Shown here one piece after another: positions 50,810 through 60,644 of a stretch of 64,000 bases of DNA (the first letter of the stretch is position 1; each line of letters begins with the position of its first letter). Below the pieces are notes generated by a model. That model did no database searches. It worked only from the letters and a program-made list of their open reading frames with translations, and had not been told where the DNA came from. Source of the stretch: a bacterium (lineage in GTDB: Bacteria > Patescibacteriota > Dojkabacteria > JAKAPS01 > JAJZLI01); NCBI GenBank assembly GCA_021816845.1, contig JAKAWT010000001.1, positions 6,087-70,086 of the forward strand, given 5' to 3'. The position numbers were made by a program, and so were the translations under genes.

Positions 50810-51103
50810 ATGAAAAGTAGTATTATCGTGGTATTTGTCTTTATTGCTCTTGCAATAGTAACTCATTTCGCTTTCTTATATATTCTTGGTAGTACACCAA
50901 TAGTTGCACAAGGAACACTATCATCAGCTATGAAAGATACAGTAGGAATACTAAAAAGCATTAGGGTTGTATGTTTATACATTATACCAGCAATTTTTTG
51001 TATTGCCGCTTTTATAGCATGGGTGTATGCAAGAACAGATCCTAGATACATAATTCAGAGTGATTACTACAATCAGCATAGCTCCTTTGGCGAGTGGTCT
51101 TGA
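50810..51103 (+). CDS. Small 2-TM membrane protein (SD-led)
   Basis: SD AAGGGAG; two hydrophobic helices. Confidence 0.6.
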   Translation: MKSSIIVVFVFIALAIVTHFAFLYILGSTPIVAQGTLSSAMKDTVGILKSIRVVCLYIIPAIFCIAAFIAWVYARTDPRYIIQSDYYNQHSSFGEWS

Positions 51104-51133
51104 TCAGCAAAAGCTGAAAAAGATTCGAAAACC

Positions 51134-51208
51134 TAGCAAGAGAGCTGGATAAGAATGATCTTTGGATATAAAAATCCATTGTTTCCTTCTTACCCAGCCT
51201 CTCTGCTA
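51134..51208. other. 75-nt imperfect hairpin downstream of ORF 50810..51103
   Basis: tagc.agagag.ctgg.taagaa...tggat-ataaaa-atcca...ttctta.ccag.ctctct.gcta. Confidence 0.7.
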
Positions 51209-51232
51209 CACATATATTATTGTATAAAAAAA

Positions 51233-51258
51233 CAAACCCCACTTCTATGTGGGATTTG
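51233..51258 (-). terminator. Intrinsic terminator of hup
   Basis: caaaccccac-ttctat-gtgggatttg, followed by a U-tract on the minus strand. Confidence 0.75.
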
Positions 51259-51284
51259 AAATTTTACTTATTAAAAAATAAAGC

Positions 51285-51557
51285 TTATTTTACTGCTACT
51301 TTTAGTGCCTTTCCAGCTCTAAATGCAGGAGATTTTGTTGCTGCAATTCTGATTTTTGCTCCAGTTTGAGGATTTCTTCCTTCTCTTTCGGATCTACTTC
51401 TAACTTCAAACTTACCAAAACCAGTAATTAAAACATCATCTCCTTTTCTTAAAGCTTCAGTAACTGCATCTACAAAAGCATCTAATGCTTGATTTGCAGC
51501 TCTTTTTGTAAGCCCTGTTGAGGCTGCCATTTTCTCAGCTAATTCTGTTCTTAACAT
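51285..51557 (-). CDS. hup: DNA-binding protein HU
   Basis: GFGKF...REGRNPQTG...PAFRAGKALK; strong SD AAAGGAGGTGA. Confidence 0.96.
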   Translation of the reverse strand: MLRTELAEKMAASTGLTKRAANQALDAFVDAVTEALRKGDDVLITGFGKFEVRSRSEREGRNPQTGAKIRIAATKSPAFRAGKALKVAVK

Positions 51558-51754
51558 TGATAATCACCTCCTTTATTTGAATCACTTTTGGGTATTTCTA
51601 AATGTCGACACTATAGAAAATACCTCTATGATAACATTTAAAGGAAGTATATACATATTTAGCTGTAATTGCAATATATATGCAACTAATTATTAAATTA
51701 TGCCTTTAATTCAACACTTTTCTGTATACAATTTCCTTTATAATTTATATATAT

Positions 51755-52258
51755 TTATTTGGGATCTTTATATAGAATTTCCAAGTCTTTGTCTGTTAAA
51801 AGTTTAATGGGTTCTTCCATCCTATCAAGAAACATTAATCCATCCATATGATCAATTTCATGTTGTAATAAATGAGAATAGAAACCCTCAAATTGCATTA
51901 TCCTTCTTTTAAATGACTCATCTTTATATTCAACTATAATTTTAGATGGTCTTTTAACATTACCATATAAATTACCTTCCTTAAGACTCATACATCCTTC
52001 CCACTCATCAGACATAGTATTTGATCTATATATTATTTTAGGGTTAATAAAAACATTCCACTTACCATCTATCTCTGCTACACACATTCTTTTATTCTCT
52101 CCAACCTGACACCCACACAGCCCAACACAGTTATTTACAGATTGTCCATATTTAATCATTTCTAAGGATAACTTCTTTAAATCTTTATCAAACTTAGATA
52201 CCTCCTCTGATTTTTGAGTTAACCTCTTATCGCCTTTTAATATAATATTAATACTCAT
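51755..52258 (-). CDS. def: Peptide deformylase
   Basis: CVGLCGCQVG, EGCMS, QHEIDHMDG. Confidence 0.93.
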   Translation of the reverse strand: MSINIILKGDKRLTQKSEEVSKFDKDLKKLSLEMIKYGQSVNNCVGLCGCQVGENKRMCVAEIDGKWNVFINPKIIYRSNTMSDEWEGCMSLKEGNLYGNVKRPSKIIVEYKDESFKRRIMQFEGFYSHLLQHEIDHMDGLMFLDRMEEPIKLLTDKDLEILYKDPK

Positions 52259-54216
52259 TGTCTTTTTACTTTATTTACACCCTTTATATCTTGTAGAGTT
52301 ATTATTATATCATTAAGCTGATTTTTTGTGGACACATTTATATCTATTACAGTTTCAAAATGATCATCCAAAGATTTAGTGTTAAAGTTTTCTATCGTTA
52401 TTTGTTTTTTTAATATTATATTTAAAATATTATCAATACTGGCTTTATTTGAGCTCTCTACAAAAAGGGAAGTTGTTATACAAGCATCCTTATTATTCCA
52501 TATAACATCTACGTATCTATGTTTATCATCAGATATTCCTAAATCTATATTTTTACACGAAGATTTGTGTATCATAATAAGTCCAGATAAAGAGACACAG
52601 CCAGTAATATGATCTGGAGGTATAGGATTGCAACATTTTGCAAATTTATATGGAACATTTGATGCTCCTTTTATAATTACTATATCCTTACTTTGATCAT
52701 TATGTTTTTTAAATTTTATATTTTGATCATGTACTTTACCAATTTCCAAATTTTTATTCTGTTCATTCAATTTCTTCTCTTCGTCTTCTATCCTCAACCA
52801 TTTCCTTATAACATTTCTTGTCTGAGACATTTTAGCGTAATTAAGCCAATCTCTTTTAGGATATTTCCTTTTATTGTCTACAATTATCTCTATAATATCT
52901 CCAGTTTGTAATTTGGTATCTATAGGAGATAACTTCCCGTTAATTTTAGCCCCATTCATAGCATTTCCTATATGGGTGTGTATTGTATATGCAAAATCTA
53001 CAGGTGTAGAATCCTTATCAAGCTCCTTAACAAGACCTTCTGGGGTACATACAAAAATACGATTAAATATAAGGTCTTGGTCAAGAAGAATATCTCTCTT
53101 ATTCCATTCCATTAAATTCTTTATCCAAGCGAATTTATCTGTACCACTATCCCCATTTCCTTTAATTTTATAGGCAATGTGGGATGCAGGCCCATATTCA
53201 TTATATTCATGCATTCTATGTGTTTTAATTTGTATCTCTACAGGTTTATTATCAATACTAACGGTTGTTTGTATAGCTTTAAATCCGTTCTTCTTGGGAC
53301 TTGCTATATAATCATCAAACTTATCTCTTTCATAATTGTATGTAGTATGTATAACTCCCAAACTACGATAACAAGCTTCTTTAGTGTCCACAAGAACTGT
53401 AAATGCCCACAAATCAGATAATCTAGATATATATTCCACATCAAAATAACCATTACGTTTCAATATTTTATTATATATACTATACAAATTTTTCCTTCTT
53501 CCAAATACCTTGGATCTAATACCAGCTCTCTTTAGGTCATGAAAAATTTGTAATTCTGTTTTTTTTATAAATTGAGCATTGTATTCAGTATGAGATTTAA
53601 AATATTCATTTATCATTAGACTCTCTTCGGGATTCAATATTCCAAAGCATATATCATCAAGTTCAGCTTTCATAGCTCCCATACCAAGATATTCAGATAT
53701 TGGAGAATAAACCATCATTGTATCTTTTGCATATTTTATCTGTTCTTCTTCAGTTTTTACCCCTATAGTTCTCATATTATGCAGTCTATCTGCAATTTTT
53801 AGGATAATAATCCTGATATCTCCAGAAGATGAGATTAATAATTTTCTTAAATTTTCAAAATTCTGATTCTTAGAATCACTACTTTTATGAGCTATAGTTT
53901 TTATTTTTGTCACCCCATCAACGATATTTGAAACTGTTTTCCCAAATTTTTCTTCTATTTCTGGTAATGTAACATCAGAATCTTCTACAACATCATGAAG
54001 GAGTGCAGCAATTATGGAATCTCCGTCAAGACCAAGATTAGACAGTATTAATGCAACAGCTAAAGGGTGGTGTATAAATGGTTCCCCAGTTAATCTAAAG
54101 GTCCCTTTATGTGCATTTCTAGCTAGTTCATAAGCCTCTTCAATTTTGACCAAATTTGAAGTTATCTTTTTCTTTCTTATATTAGAAATTAAATCTGAAT
54201 ATTCTACTATCTCCAT
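52255..54216 (-). CDS. RelA/SpoT family (p)ppGpp synthetase/hydrolase
   Basis: HDVVED, KIADRLHNMRT, EIQIKT, TGS (PVDFAYTIHT), zinc (AKCCNP) and ACT domains. Confidence 0.92.
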   Translation of the reverse strand: MEIVEYSDLISNIRKKKITSNLVKIEEAYELARNAHKGTFRLTGEPFIHHPLAVALILSNLGLDGDSIIAALLHDVVEDSDVTLPEIEEKFGKTVSNIVDGVTKIKTIAHKSSDSKNQNFENLRKLLISSSGDIRIIILKIADRLHNMRTIGVKTEEEQIKYAKDTMMVYSPISEYLGMGAMKAELDDICFGILNPEESLMINEYFKSHTEYNAQFIKKTELQIFHDLKRAGIRSKVFGRRKNLYSIYNKILKRNGYFDVEYISRLSDLWAFTVLVDTKEACYRSLGVIHTTYNYERDKFDDYIASPKKNGFKAIQTTVSIDNKPVEIQIKTHRMHEYNEYGPASHIAYKIKGNGDSGTDKFAWIKNLMEWNKRDILLDQDLIFNRIFVCTPEGLVKELDKDSTPVDFAYTIHTHIGNAMNGAKINGKLSPIDTKLQTGDIIEIIVDNKRKYPKRDWLNYAKMSQTRNVIRKWLRIEDEEKKLNEQNKNLEIGKVHDQNIKFKKHNDQSKDIVIIKGASNVPYKFAKCCNPIPPDHITGCVSLSGLIMIHKSSCKNIDLGISDDKHRYVDVIWNNKDACITTSLFVESSNKASIDNILNIILKKQITIENFNTKSLDDHFETVIDINVSTKNQLNDIIITLQDIKGVNKVKRQ

Positions 54217-54229
54217 ATATTTAAATTAA

Positions 54230-56029
54230 TCAAACTACATGTGGTTTTAGATCAATAATTTTAAGTTGTAGAGTGTGTTTATCTCTCCATATATTGTCCT
54301 CCAGAGTAAAAACAATATCAATATATGAAAAATTTATTATCTGATCAGGTTTATATATTGATGCAAACCACACAGCATCAAATATATTTTCTGAATTTTT
54401 ATCTGTAATTTTCATTTTTATAAAATTATCATTAGAACCTATATTAAATACTGACAATACTTCAGCTCCGGTAATTTTAAAAATAGGTACAGTATTCCCC
54501 CTACCATGAGGTTCTAAAATCTTAATTTTATGGAGAAAATCAAAATTTATATCGCCCAAAGATATCTCAGTATCTACATAAACTACTTTAAAGTCATTTT
54601 CAAGATTTAAGGATTTATTAAAATATGTTTTTGCAAATTTATTAAGTTCAAGGTGCAATTTCTCTATATTTTCCTTTTTTATTTTCAAACCACAAGCTCC
54701 AGCATGCCCACCATACGATTCTAAAATATTTGAGGATCTAGATCTTAAGGATCCAGATCCTGAGGATTGGTCTAGTGCCTCAATAATATTAAATCCATCT
54801 ACAGACCTTCCTGAGCCTATATACAGATCACCTTTTTTGGTTAGTGCAATAGTAGGCTTTCCGGTATCAGATGTTAGTCTACCTGCAACAAGGCCTACAA
54901 TACCTTCATGCCATGTATCATCATAAACAAGATTGAAAAAATTGTTTTTATCGATTTTGGATTTAGCTTGCTCTACAGCATACTTTGTTAACTTTTGCCT
55001 TTCAATATTCATATTATGTAATTTTTTTGATAATTTCTCTGCAACTTCTTTACTTTGTGTATTTAATAATCTAACCCCATCTAGAGCATCATATAATCTT
55101 CCTGTAGCATTAATCTTAGGGCCTAATATATATCCTATCTTATAAACGTCAATATTATCGATTTCAGATATACTAATAAGTGCATCTAAACCTTTCCTCT
55201 TTCTCATATTAATAACATTAAGACCTTTTTTTACAATTGATCTATTTTCTAGAGTTAGATTAGACACATCACAAACAGTAGCCAACGTAGCAAGATCATA
55301 ATATTCACTTATATCAAAATTTTTATATGAAGATGTTTTAGATAATGCCTCAACAATTTTCAATGCAACTCCTGCCCCACATAAATCTGGATAGTTATAA
55401 CCTATCATAGGATGAATTATTGCATATGCACTAGGGAGGATTTCAGGAGGTAGGTGGTGATCTGTAATTATAAGGTCTATTCCTAGATCTTTAGCAATTT
55501 TAGCATTCTCAACATCTCTAATACCACAATCTACAGTTATAATTAGAGTTATACCTTCTTTCGCTGCTTTTTCTATCTGATCCTTATTAAGACCATATCC
55601 ATCCGTAAATCTGGACGGGATAAATGGTCTTACATCAGCTTTCATCTTGTTATATAGAAAATCCCATAAAATTGAAGTTGCACATATACCATCAACATCA
55701 TAATCTCCATAAATCTGTATTTTTTCCCTGGATCTAGATCCATGAGACTTTACAGCTTTATTTATTCTCATAACAACACGTTTCATATCTTTAAATTTAT
55801 AGGGATCTCTATTTTTTAATATCACAGGATCTATTTCATCATAAAGAAAAGCTTTTAACTCCTCTAGACTAGAATCTTTTTTTAATATACCTCTGTTATA
55901 TAAAAGTTGGATTATAATATCATCCAAACTTAAATCTCTATATAAAGATTTATCATTTTGATTTAAATCCTTTATATCTAGGTCCAGACCCAGGTCTGTT
56001 ATTTTAGGGTATAATTTCCATTGAGCCAT
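54230..56029 (-). CDS. recJ: Single-stranded-DNA exonuclease RecJ
   Basis: YGDYDVDG, TVDCG, TDHH, GPKINATGRL, GGHAGACG. Confidence 0.96.
   Translation of the reverse strand: MAQWKLYPKITDLGLDLDIKDLNQNDKSLYRDLSLDDIIIQLLYNRGILKKDSSLEELKAFLYDEIDPVILKNRDPYKFKDMKRVVMRINKAVKSHGSRSREKIQIYGDYDVDGICATSILWDFLYNKMKADVRPFIPSRFTDGYGLNKDQIEKAAKEGITLIITVDCGIRDVENAKIAKDLGIDLIITDHHLPPEILPSAYAIIHPMIGYNYPDLCGAGVALKIVEALSKTSSYKNFDISEYYDLATLATVCDVSNLTLENRSIVKKGLNVINMRKRKGLDALISISEIDNIDVYKIGYILGPKINATGRLYDALDGVRLLNTQSKEVAEKLSKKLHNMNIERQKLTKYAVEQAKSKIDKNNFFNLVYDDTWHEGIVGLVAGRLTSDTGKPTIALTKKGDLYIGSGRSVDGFNIIEALDQSSGSGSLRSRSSNILESYGGHAGACGLKIKKENIEKLHLELNKFAKTYFNKSLNLENDFKVVYVDTEISLGDINFDFLHKIKILEPHGRGNTVPIFKITGAEVLSVFNIGSNDNFIKMKITDKNSENIFDAVWFASIYKPDQIINFSYIDIVFTLEDNIWRDKHTLQLKIIDLKPHVV
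54731..54767. repeat. Two 15-bp-period palindromic units inside recJ, flanked by TGAGGAT direct repeats
   Basis: tga-GGATCTAGATCT-taa-GGATCCAGATCC-tga-ggat. Confidence 0.9.
55730..55741. repeat. Single perfect GGATCTAGATCC unit inside recJ
   Basis: Encodes HGSRS immediately before REKIQIYGDYDVDG. Confidence 0.8.
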
Positions 56030-56039
56030 ATAAACAATG

Positions 56040-57062
56040 CTACATCTTTGATCTTACCTCTTCTTCAATCTTTTTGTACAAAGATTCATCATCGTGAAGA
56101 AGTGTTTTCATAGCGTCTTTACCTTGAGCAAGCTGTGTATCTCCCATTTTAAACCAAGCACCCGATCTTTCTAAAACACCTAGAGTTAGTGCAGTATCAA
56201 TAAGAGCACTCTCACGAGATATTCCATCGGGAAAAATTATATCAAAAGAAGCTTCTTTAAATGGAGGCGCTACCTTATTTTTAACAACCTTAGCTAGGAC
56301 AACATGACCTATAACTGTATCTCCTTTTGTAATTTTTTCTTTTCTTCTAACATCAATTCTTATTGACGAATAAAATTTTAAAGCATTACCTCCAGTTGTA
56401 GTCTCTGGAGATCCAAACATAATGCCTATTTTCATTCTTAATTGGTTTATGAATATGACAGTACAGTTAGATCTTGCTGATATTGATGTGAGTTTCCTCA
56501 TAGCTTTTGACATTAATCTTGCCTGTAAACCCATTGAGGTGTCAGACATCTCTCCTTCTATTTCTGCCTTTGGTGTTAATGCTGCAACCGAGTCAATAAC
56601 AACAACATCTATTGATCCTGATCTTATCAGTGTCTCTGTAATTTCTAATGCCTGCTCCCCATAATCCGGTTGAGATAAAAAAAGATTATCTATATCAACT
56701 CCTATCCTCCTTGCATAATTTGGATCTAGAGCATGTTCTGCATCAATATACACTGCTTTACCACCAGCTTTTTGTGCTTCTGCTATAATATGAAGTGCCA
56801 AAGTAGTCTTACCAGAAGATTCAGGGCCATATATCTCTATTATTCTACCCCTAGGAATTCCTCCAACCCCTAATGCGTAATCCAAAGATATAGCTCCTGT
56901 TTTGTATACATCCATCTTCCCTTGAGGCCTATCTCCAAGTTTCATAACAGATCCAGATCCAAATTGTTTTTCAATCTGATCTAAAGCTATTTTTAATGTT
57001 TCATCTTTGTTGAAATCCACTTTTTTCATGTTTTCAACTTTACTATTATCTCCCTTAGCCAT
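56040..57062 (-). CDS. recA: Recombinase A
   Basis: [37 protein letters not shown]. Confidence 0.98.
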   Translation of the reverse strand: MAKGDNSKVENMKKVDFNKDETLKIALDQIEKQFGSGSVMKLGDRPQGKMDVYKTGAISLDYALGVGGIPRGRIIEIYGPESSGKTTLALHIIAEAQKAGGKAVYIDAEHALDPNYARRIGVDIDNLFLSQPDYGEQALEITETLIRSGSIDVVVIDSVAALTPKAEIEGEMSDTSMGLQARLMSKAMRKLTSISARSNCTVIFINQLRMKIGIMFGSPETTTGGNALKFYSSIRIDVRRKEKITKGDTVIGHVVLAKVVKNKVAPPFKEASFDIIFPDGISRESALIDTALTLGVLERSGAWFKMGDTQLAQGKDAMKTLLHDDESLYKKIEEEVRSKM

Positions 57063-57158
57063 GGACGCATATATATAATATTATTATTTCATTATATCAA
57101 ATTAAAAAATATATTAACATAAAATATACATTCTCTAAAATTCATTGTAATATGGAAT

Positions 57159-58478
57159 TCATTCTTTTCTTTTTGAAAGATTGACAAATTGTGCCTGTTC
57201 TTTTACAAATTTCAATTCTACCTGACCAGTCGGTCCATTCCTATGCTTTGCAATAATAACATCTGCTATGCCTTTCCTCTCTGTATCAAAATCATACAGC
57301 TCTTCCCTATCTAAAAATATTACAACATCTGCATCTTGCTCTATAGCACCTGATTCTCTCAAATCAGAAAGTTGAGGTCTACGCGATGTACGTGTTTCAA
57401 CTGCACGTGAAAGTTGGCTAGCTGCAATAACAGGAACCTTTAGTTCTCTTGCCAGATTTTTTAAAAACCTAGATATTTCTGAGACTTCCTGTACCCTATT
57501 CTCTGTATTAACACCAACAGCAAGTTGTAGATAATCAACAATAATCATATCTATCCTAGTTTCAATATTTAGCCTACGTGCTTTAGTCCTCATTTCAAGT
57601 ATAGTTTGACCTGGAGTATCATCAATAAATAAATTTGCCTCTGATAATCTTCCCATAGAATCTGCTAATTTTTCTAGTTTTGATGAATCAATATGACCCA
57701 TTCTATAATCCCATAAATTTATACCAACTTGGCTAGAAATTAAACGATCCGTTAATTCCCCAGAAGACATTTCTAAGGAAAACATTGCAATATTCTTTTT
57801 TGATGACAACGCTGCATCTCTAGCTATATCAAGTAGGAATGAAGTTTTTCCTACTGAAGGACGTGCTGCTACTATTATAAGGTTTGATTCTTGGAATCCA
57901 CCTAAAATGTTATCAAGATCAATAAAGCCAGAAACTATACCACGAAGTTTATCTCTACTTTCTTCTATTTCTTCTGCCTTCCTATAACTTTCAGACAATA
58001 AATCTTTCACTGGAACGAAATCACTTTTTATATTTGAAGATGAAACATTGAAAAGATGTTTTTCAGATTCATTAATAACATCTTGTATTTTTACATCTTC
58101 TCTAAAGGATAGATCTACAATATCAGAACCAGTTTTTATTAGTTCCCGTCTTATATATAAATCTTTTACTATTTGAGCATAATGTACAGCAGAGGATGAA
58201 AGTGATGTGTTCTCCATTAAAGAGGCAAGATAAACGTCTCCTCCTACCTTTTCTAACATTTTTCTTTTTTTAAGATTTGACTTTAGAGTTAACAAATCTA
58301 TAGGTAGCCCCTCTCCAAATAGATCTAATATAGAAGCATATATTTCTTTATTTGCATTATTATAAAAGTGTTCTGGACGTAAAAATTCAATAACATCAAG
58401 TAGAGATTCTTTGTTAATCAAAATCGCACCAAGTGTTAATACTTCTGCTTCTATATTTTGTGGAGGTATTCTTTCCAT
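57159..58478 (-). CDS. dnaB: Replicative DNA helicase
   Basis: PPQNIEAE, AARPSVGKT, DYLQL, SQLSR, DLRESGAIEQDAD, KHRNGPTG; no intein. Confidence 0.97.
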   Translation of the reverse strand: MERIPPQNIEAEVLTLGAILINKESLLDVIEFLRPEHFYNNANKEIYASILDLFGEGLPIDLLTLKSNLKKRKMLEKVGGDVYLASLMENTSLSSSAVHYAQIVKDLYIRRELIKTGSDIVDLSFREDVKIQDVINESEKHLFNVSSSNIKSDFVPVKDLLSESYRKAEEIEESRDKLRGIVSGFIDLDNILGGFQESNLIIVAARPSVGKTSFLLDIARDAALSSKKNIAMFSLEMSSGELTDRLISSQVGINLWDYRMGHIDSSKLEKLADSMGRLSEANLFIDDTPGQTILEMRTKARRLNIETRIDMIIVDYLQLAVGVNTENRVQEVSEISRFLKNLARELKVPVIAASQLSRAVETRTSRRPQLSDLRESGAIEQDADVVIFLDREELYDFDTERKGIADVIIAKHRNGPTGQVELKFVKEQAQFVNLSKRKE

Positions 58479-58519
58479 TTTATATGAACCATTAATTGTT
58501 TGGATTTAAAACCTTTAAT

Positions 58520-59179
58520 CTAATCCTTGAATAAAATAACTTTAGTTTCAAAATCTTCATCTTGGAATTCAGTTCTATTTACCTCTAATGTCTCTACCTC
58601 TAATGACATAGCAGGGAAGATATTCAGGAAATCATCAATTAAAGCTAGAGGACTCTGAGTATCTCCTTTCTCTTTATAATGCATTGGTATAATCATATGA
58701 GGGTTCAATTGTTCAATAACTTTAATGGCGTCTTTAGAGTCGATAGTATAATGACCTCCAACAGGAATAAATAATATATCAACAACTCCTAAATCTTCAA
58801 TCTGAGAATTATCAAGTATCGTTCCTAAATCCCCAAGATGGACAAAATTAACTCCATCAAAATTTACAGAATACATAGTATTCATACCTCTCTCACTACC
58901 TTTAACTTTATCATGAAAGGAATTAACTCCAATAATAGAAACCTCTGATATATCATATTCTCCAGGATTAGATACTATATAAGTTTTATCAGTAGCATAA
59001 TCTCTATTATTATGATCAGGGTGTTCATGTGTGATTAATATAATATCAGGTTTATCAGAAAGCTTTGGAGGATTAAGATTCCCTACTTTAGAATATGGAT
59101 CTATAAATACAGTAGTTTTCTTATCTGATAATTTAAAAAAAGCGTGTTTTAGATATGATACTGTGATTGAATTATACAT
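58520..59179 (-). CDS. MBL-fold metallo-hydrolase
   Basis: IDPY, THEHPDH, HLGDLG, PVGG, PMHY. Confidence 0.9.
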   Translation of the reverse strand: MYNSITVSYLKHAFFKLSDKKTTVFIDPYSKVGNLNPPKLSDKPDIILITHEHPDHNNRDYATDKTYIVSNPGEYDISEVSIIGVNSFHDKVKGSERGMNTMYSVNFDGVNFVHLGDLGTILDNSQIEDLGVVDILFIPVGGHYTIDSKDAIKVIEQLNPHMIIPMHYKEKGDTQSPLALIDDFLNIFPAMSLEVETLEVNRTEFQDEDFETKVILFKD

Positions 59180-59276
59180 GCCCTGAGTATATCAAAATGA
59201 AAATGCAACTTCAATCTCGTGTATTAGATATTTTTACTAATTGCTCAAAGTAGATTCTTTTGATATAATTGTAGTT

Positions 59277-59603
59277 ATGAAAAATATACACCCTAATTAT
59301 GTGCAATCAAAAGTAACATGTTCATGTGGAAATGTTATGACTTTCGGTTCTACAGTCCCTTCTATGACTGTAGAGCTTTGTTCTTCATGCCATCCTTTTT
59401 ACACAGGAGAACAGAAGATTGTTGATACAGCAAATAGAGTTAAGAAGTTTACAGCTAGATCAGAAACTGCACAAAAAATAAAAGCTGTTAAGAAAACACA
59501 AGAAAAAATTGTGGAAAAGGTACAAAAAAGGTCGACACCAATGACTTTAAGAGAAATGATGCAATCCTTGAATCAAGAAAATTCAAATTCTTCAAATAAA
59601 TAA
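59277..59603 (+). CDS. rpmE: 50S ribosomal protein L31 (zinc-binding type) with C-terminal extension
   Basis: [26 protein letters not shown] 59277 preferred over TTG 59241. Confidence 0.93.
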   Translation: MKNIHPNYVQSKVTCSCGNVMTFGSTVPSMTVELCSSCHPFYTGEQKIVDTANRVKKFTARSETAQKIKAVKKTQEKIVEKVQKRSTPMTLREMMQSLNQENSNSSNK

Positions 59604-59621
59604 GATTACAGGCCCAGCATC

Positions 59622-60644
59622 ATGGATCTTCAAAAATATATAAATTTTAAGGATAAACTCCCTTCTATTGAAGACAAAATACAAAATAATCCAAAAGAAA
59701 TAAACTCCGTGATAGATGAATATAATAAAGTCAAATCTTTCATAAAAGATTTTGAAGAGGTTGAATCATTAAAAAATGAGATACTAAAAAATAATAATAT
59801 TAAAGATTTAGCACTTAAAGATATTATTGAGGAAGAAAACGAAACCCTTAAAGTGAAGATACAGAATATAGAAAATAAATATAAAGGTCAAGGACAATAT
59901 GATGATAAGGATGTAATACTTGAAATAAGGCCTGGTACAGGAGGTGATGAGGCATCATTATTTGCCAGAGAAATGTATGAAATGTACAAAAAATATGTAA
60001 AAGATAAAGGTTGGAGAGAAGAGATAGTGGATATGGTATATGATGATAAAGGTGGGATAAAACAATTAGTAACTGAAATAAAAGGTAATTCTGTATACAG
60101 AGAATTTAAATATGAAAGTGGAGTACATAGAGTGCAACGTGTACCTAAAACTGAAAGTAGTGGCAGAATACATACATCCACAATATCAGTAGTGGTACTA
60201 CCAATAATTAAAACATCAGATTTTGAGATCAATGATAAGGACCTAAAAATTGATTATTATAGAGCATCAGGTGCTGGAGGGCAACATGTAAATAAGACCT
60301 CATCAGCTGTAAGAATAGTCCATATTCCCACAGGAATAATGGCAACTTCACAAAAAACTAGCTCTCAATTGCAGAATAAGGAAAATGCTATAGAAGTTTT
60401 AAGATCAAGATTATATTTAAAAAATCAAGAAGATGAAACAAAAAGGAATTCTAAACAAAGACAAGAGCAAATGGGAGGGGGTGAACGATCAGAGAAGATT
60501 AGAACATATAACTTCCTTCAAGACCGCATTACTGACCATAGATTAGGAAAACAAATGAATTTCCATATCCAAGATATATTTGAGAGAGGCAAATTACAAG
60601 AACTCATAGACCTTGTAAGAGAAAATCATGCTCAAAGTAATTGA
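59622..60644 (+). CDS. prfA: Peptide chain release factor 1
   Basis: GTGGDEA, HRVQRVPKTE (PxT), GAGGQHVN, RTYNF. Confidence 0.95.
   Translation: MDLQKYINFKDKLPSIEDKIQNNPKEINSVIDEYNKVKSFIKDFEEVESLKNEILKNNNIKDLALKDIIEEENETLKVKIQNIENKYKGQGQYDDKDVILEIRPGTGGDEASLFAREMYEMYKKYVKDKGWREEIVDMVYDDKGGIKQLVTEIKGNSVYREFKYESGVHRVQRVPKTESSGRIHTSTISVVVLPIIKTSDFEINDKDLKIDYYRASGAGGQHVNKTSSAVRIVHIPTGIMATSQKTSSQLQNKENAIEVLRSRLYLKNQEDETKRNSKQRQEQMGGGERSEKIRTYNFLQDRITDHRLGKQMNFHIQDIFERGKLQELIDLVRENHAQSN

Noticed and set aside
51095-51133. Second hammerhead-like string (ggtc...gctgaaaaagattcgaaaacc)
   Set aside because: CUGAAAA does not match CUGANGA, and stems II and III cannot be formed.
23541-56960. GATC-rich matches in serS (VSGSRF), tsaE (GDLGAG), secA (GDPGS) and recA (ALDP, FGSGS) as repeat insertions
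   Set aside because: They encode conserved family residues with no length change, so they were not counted as insertions.
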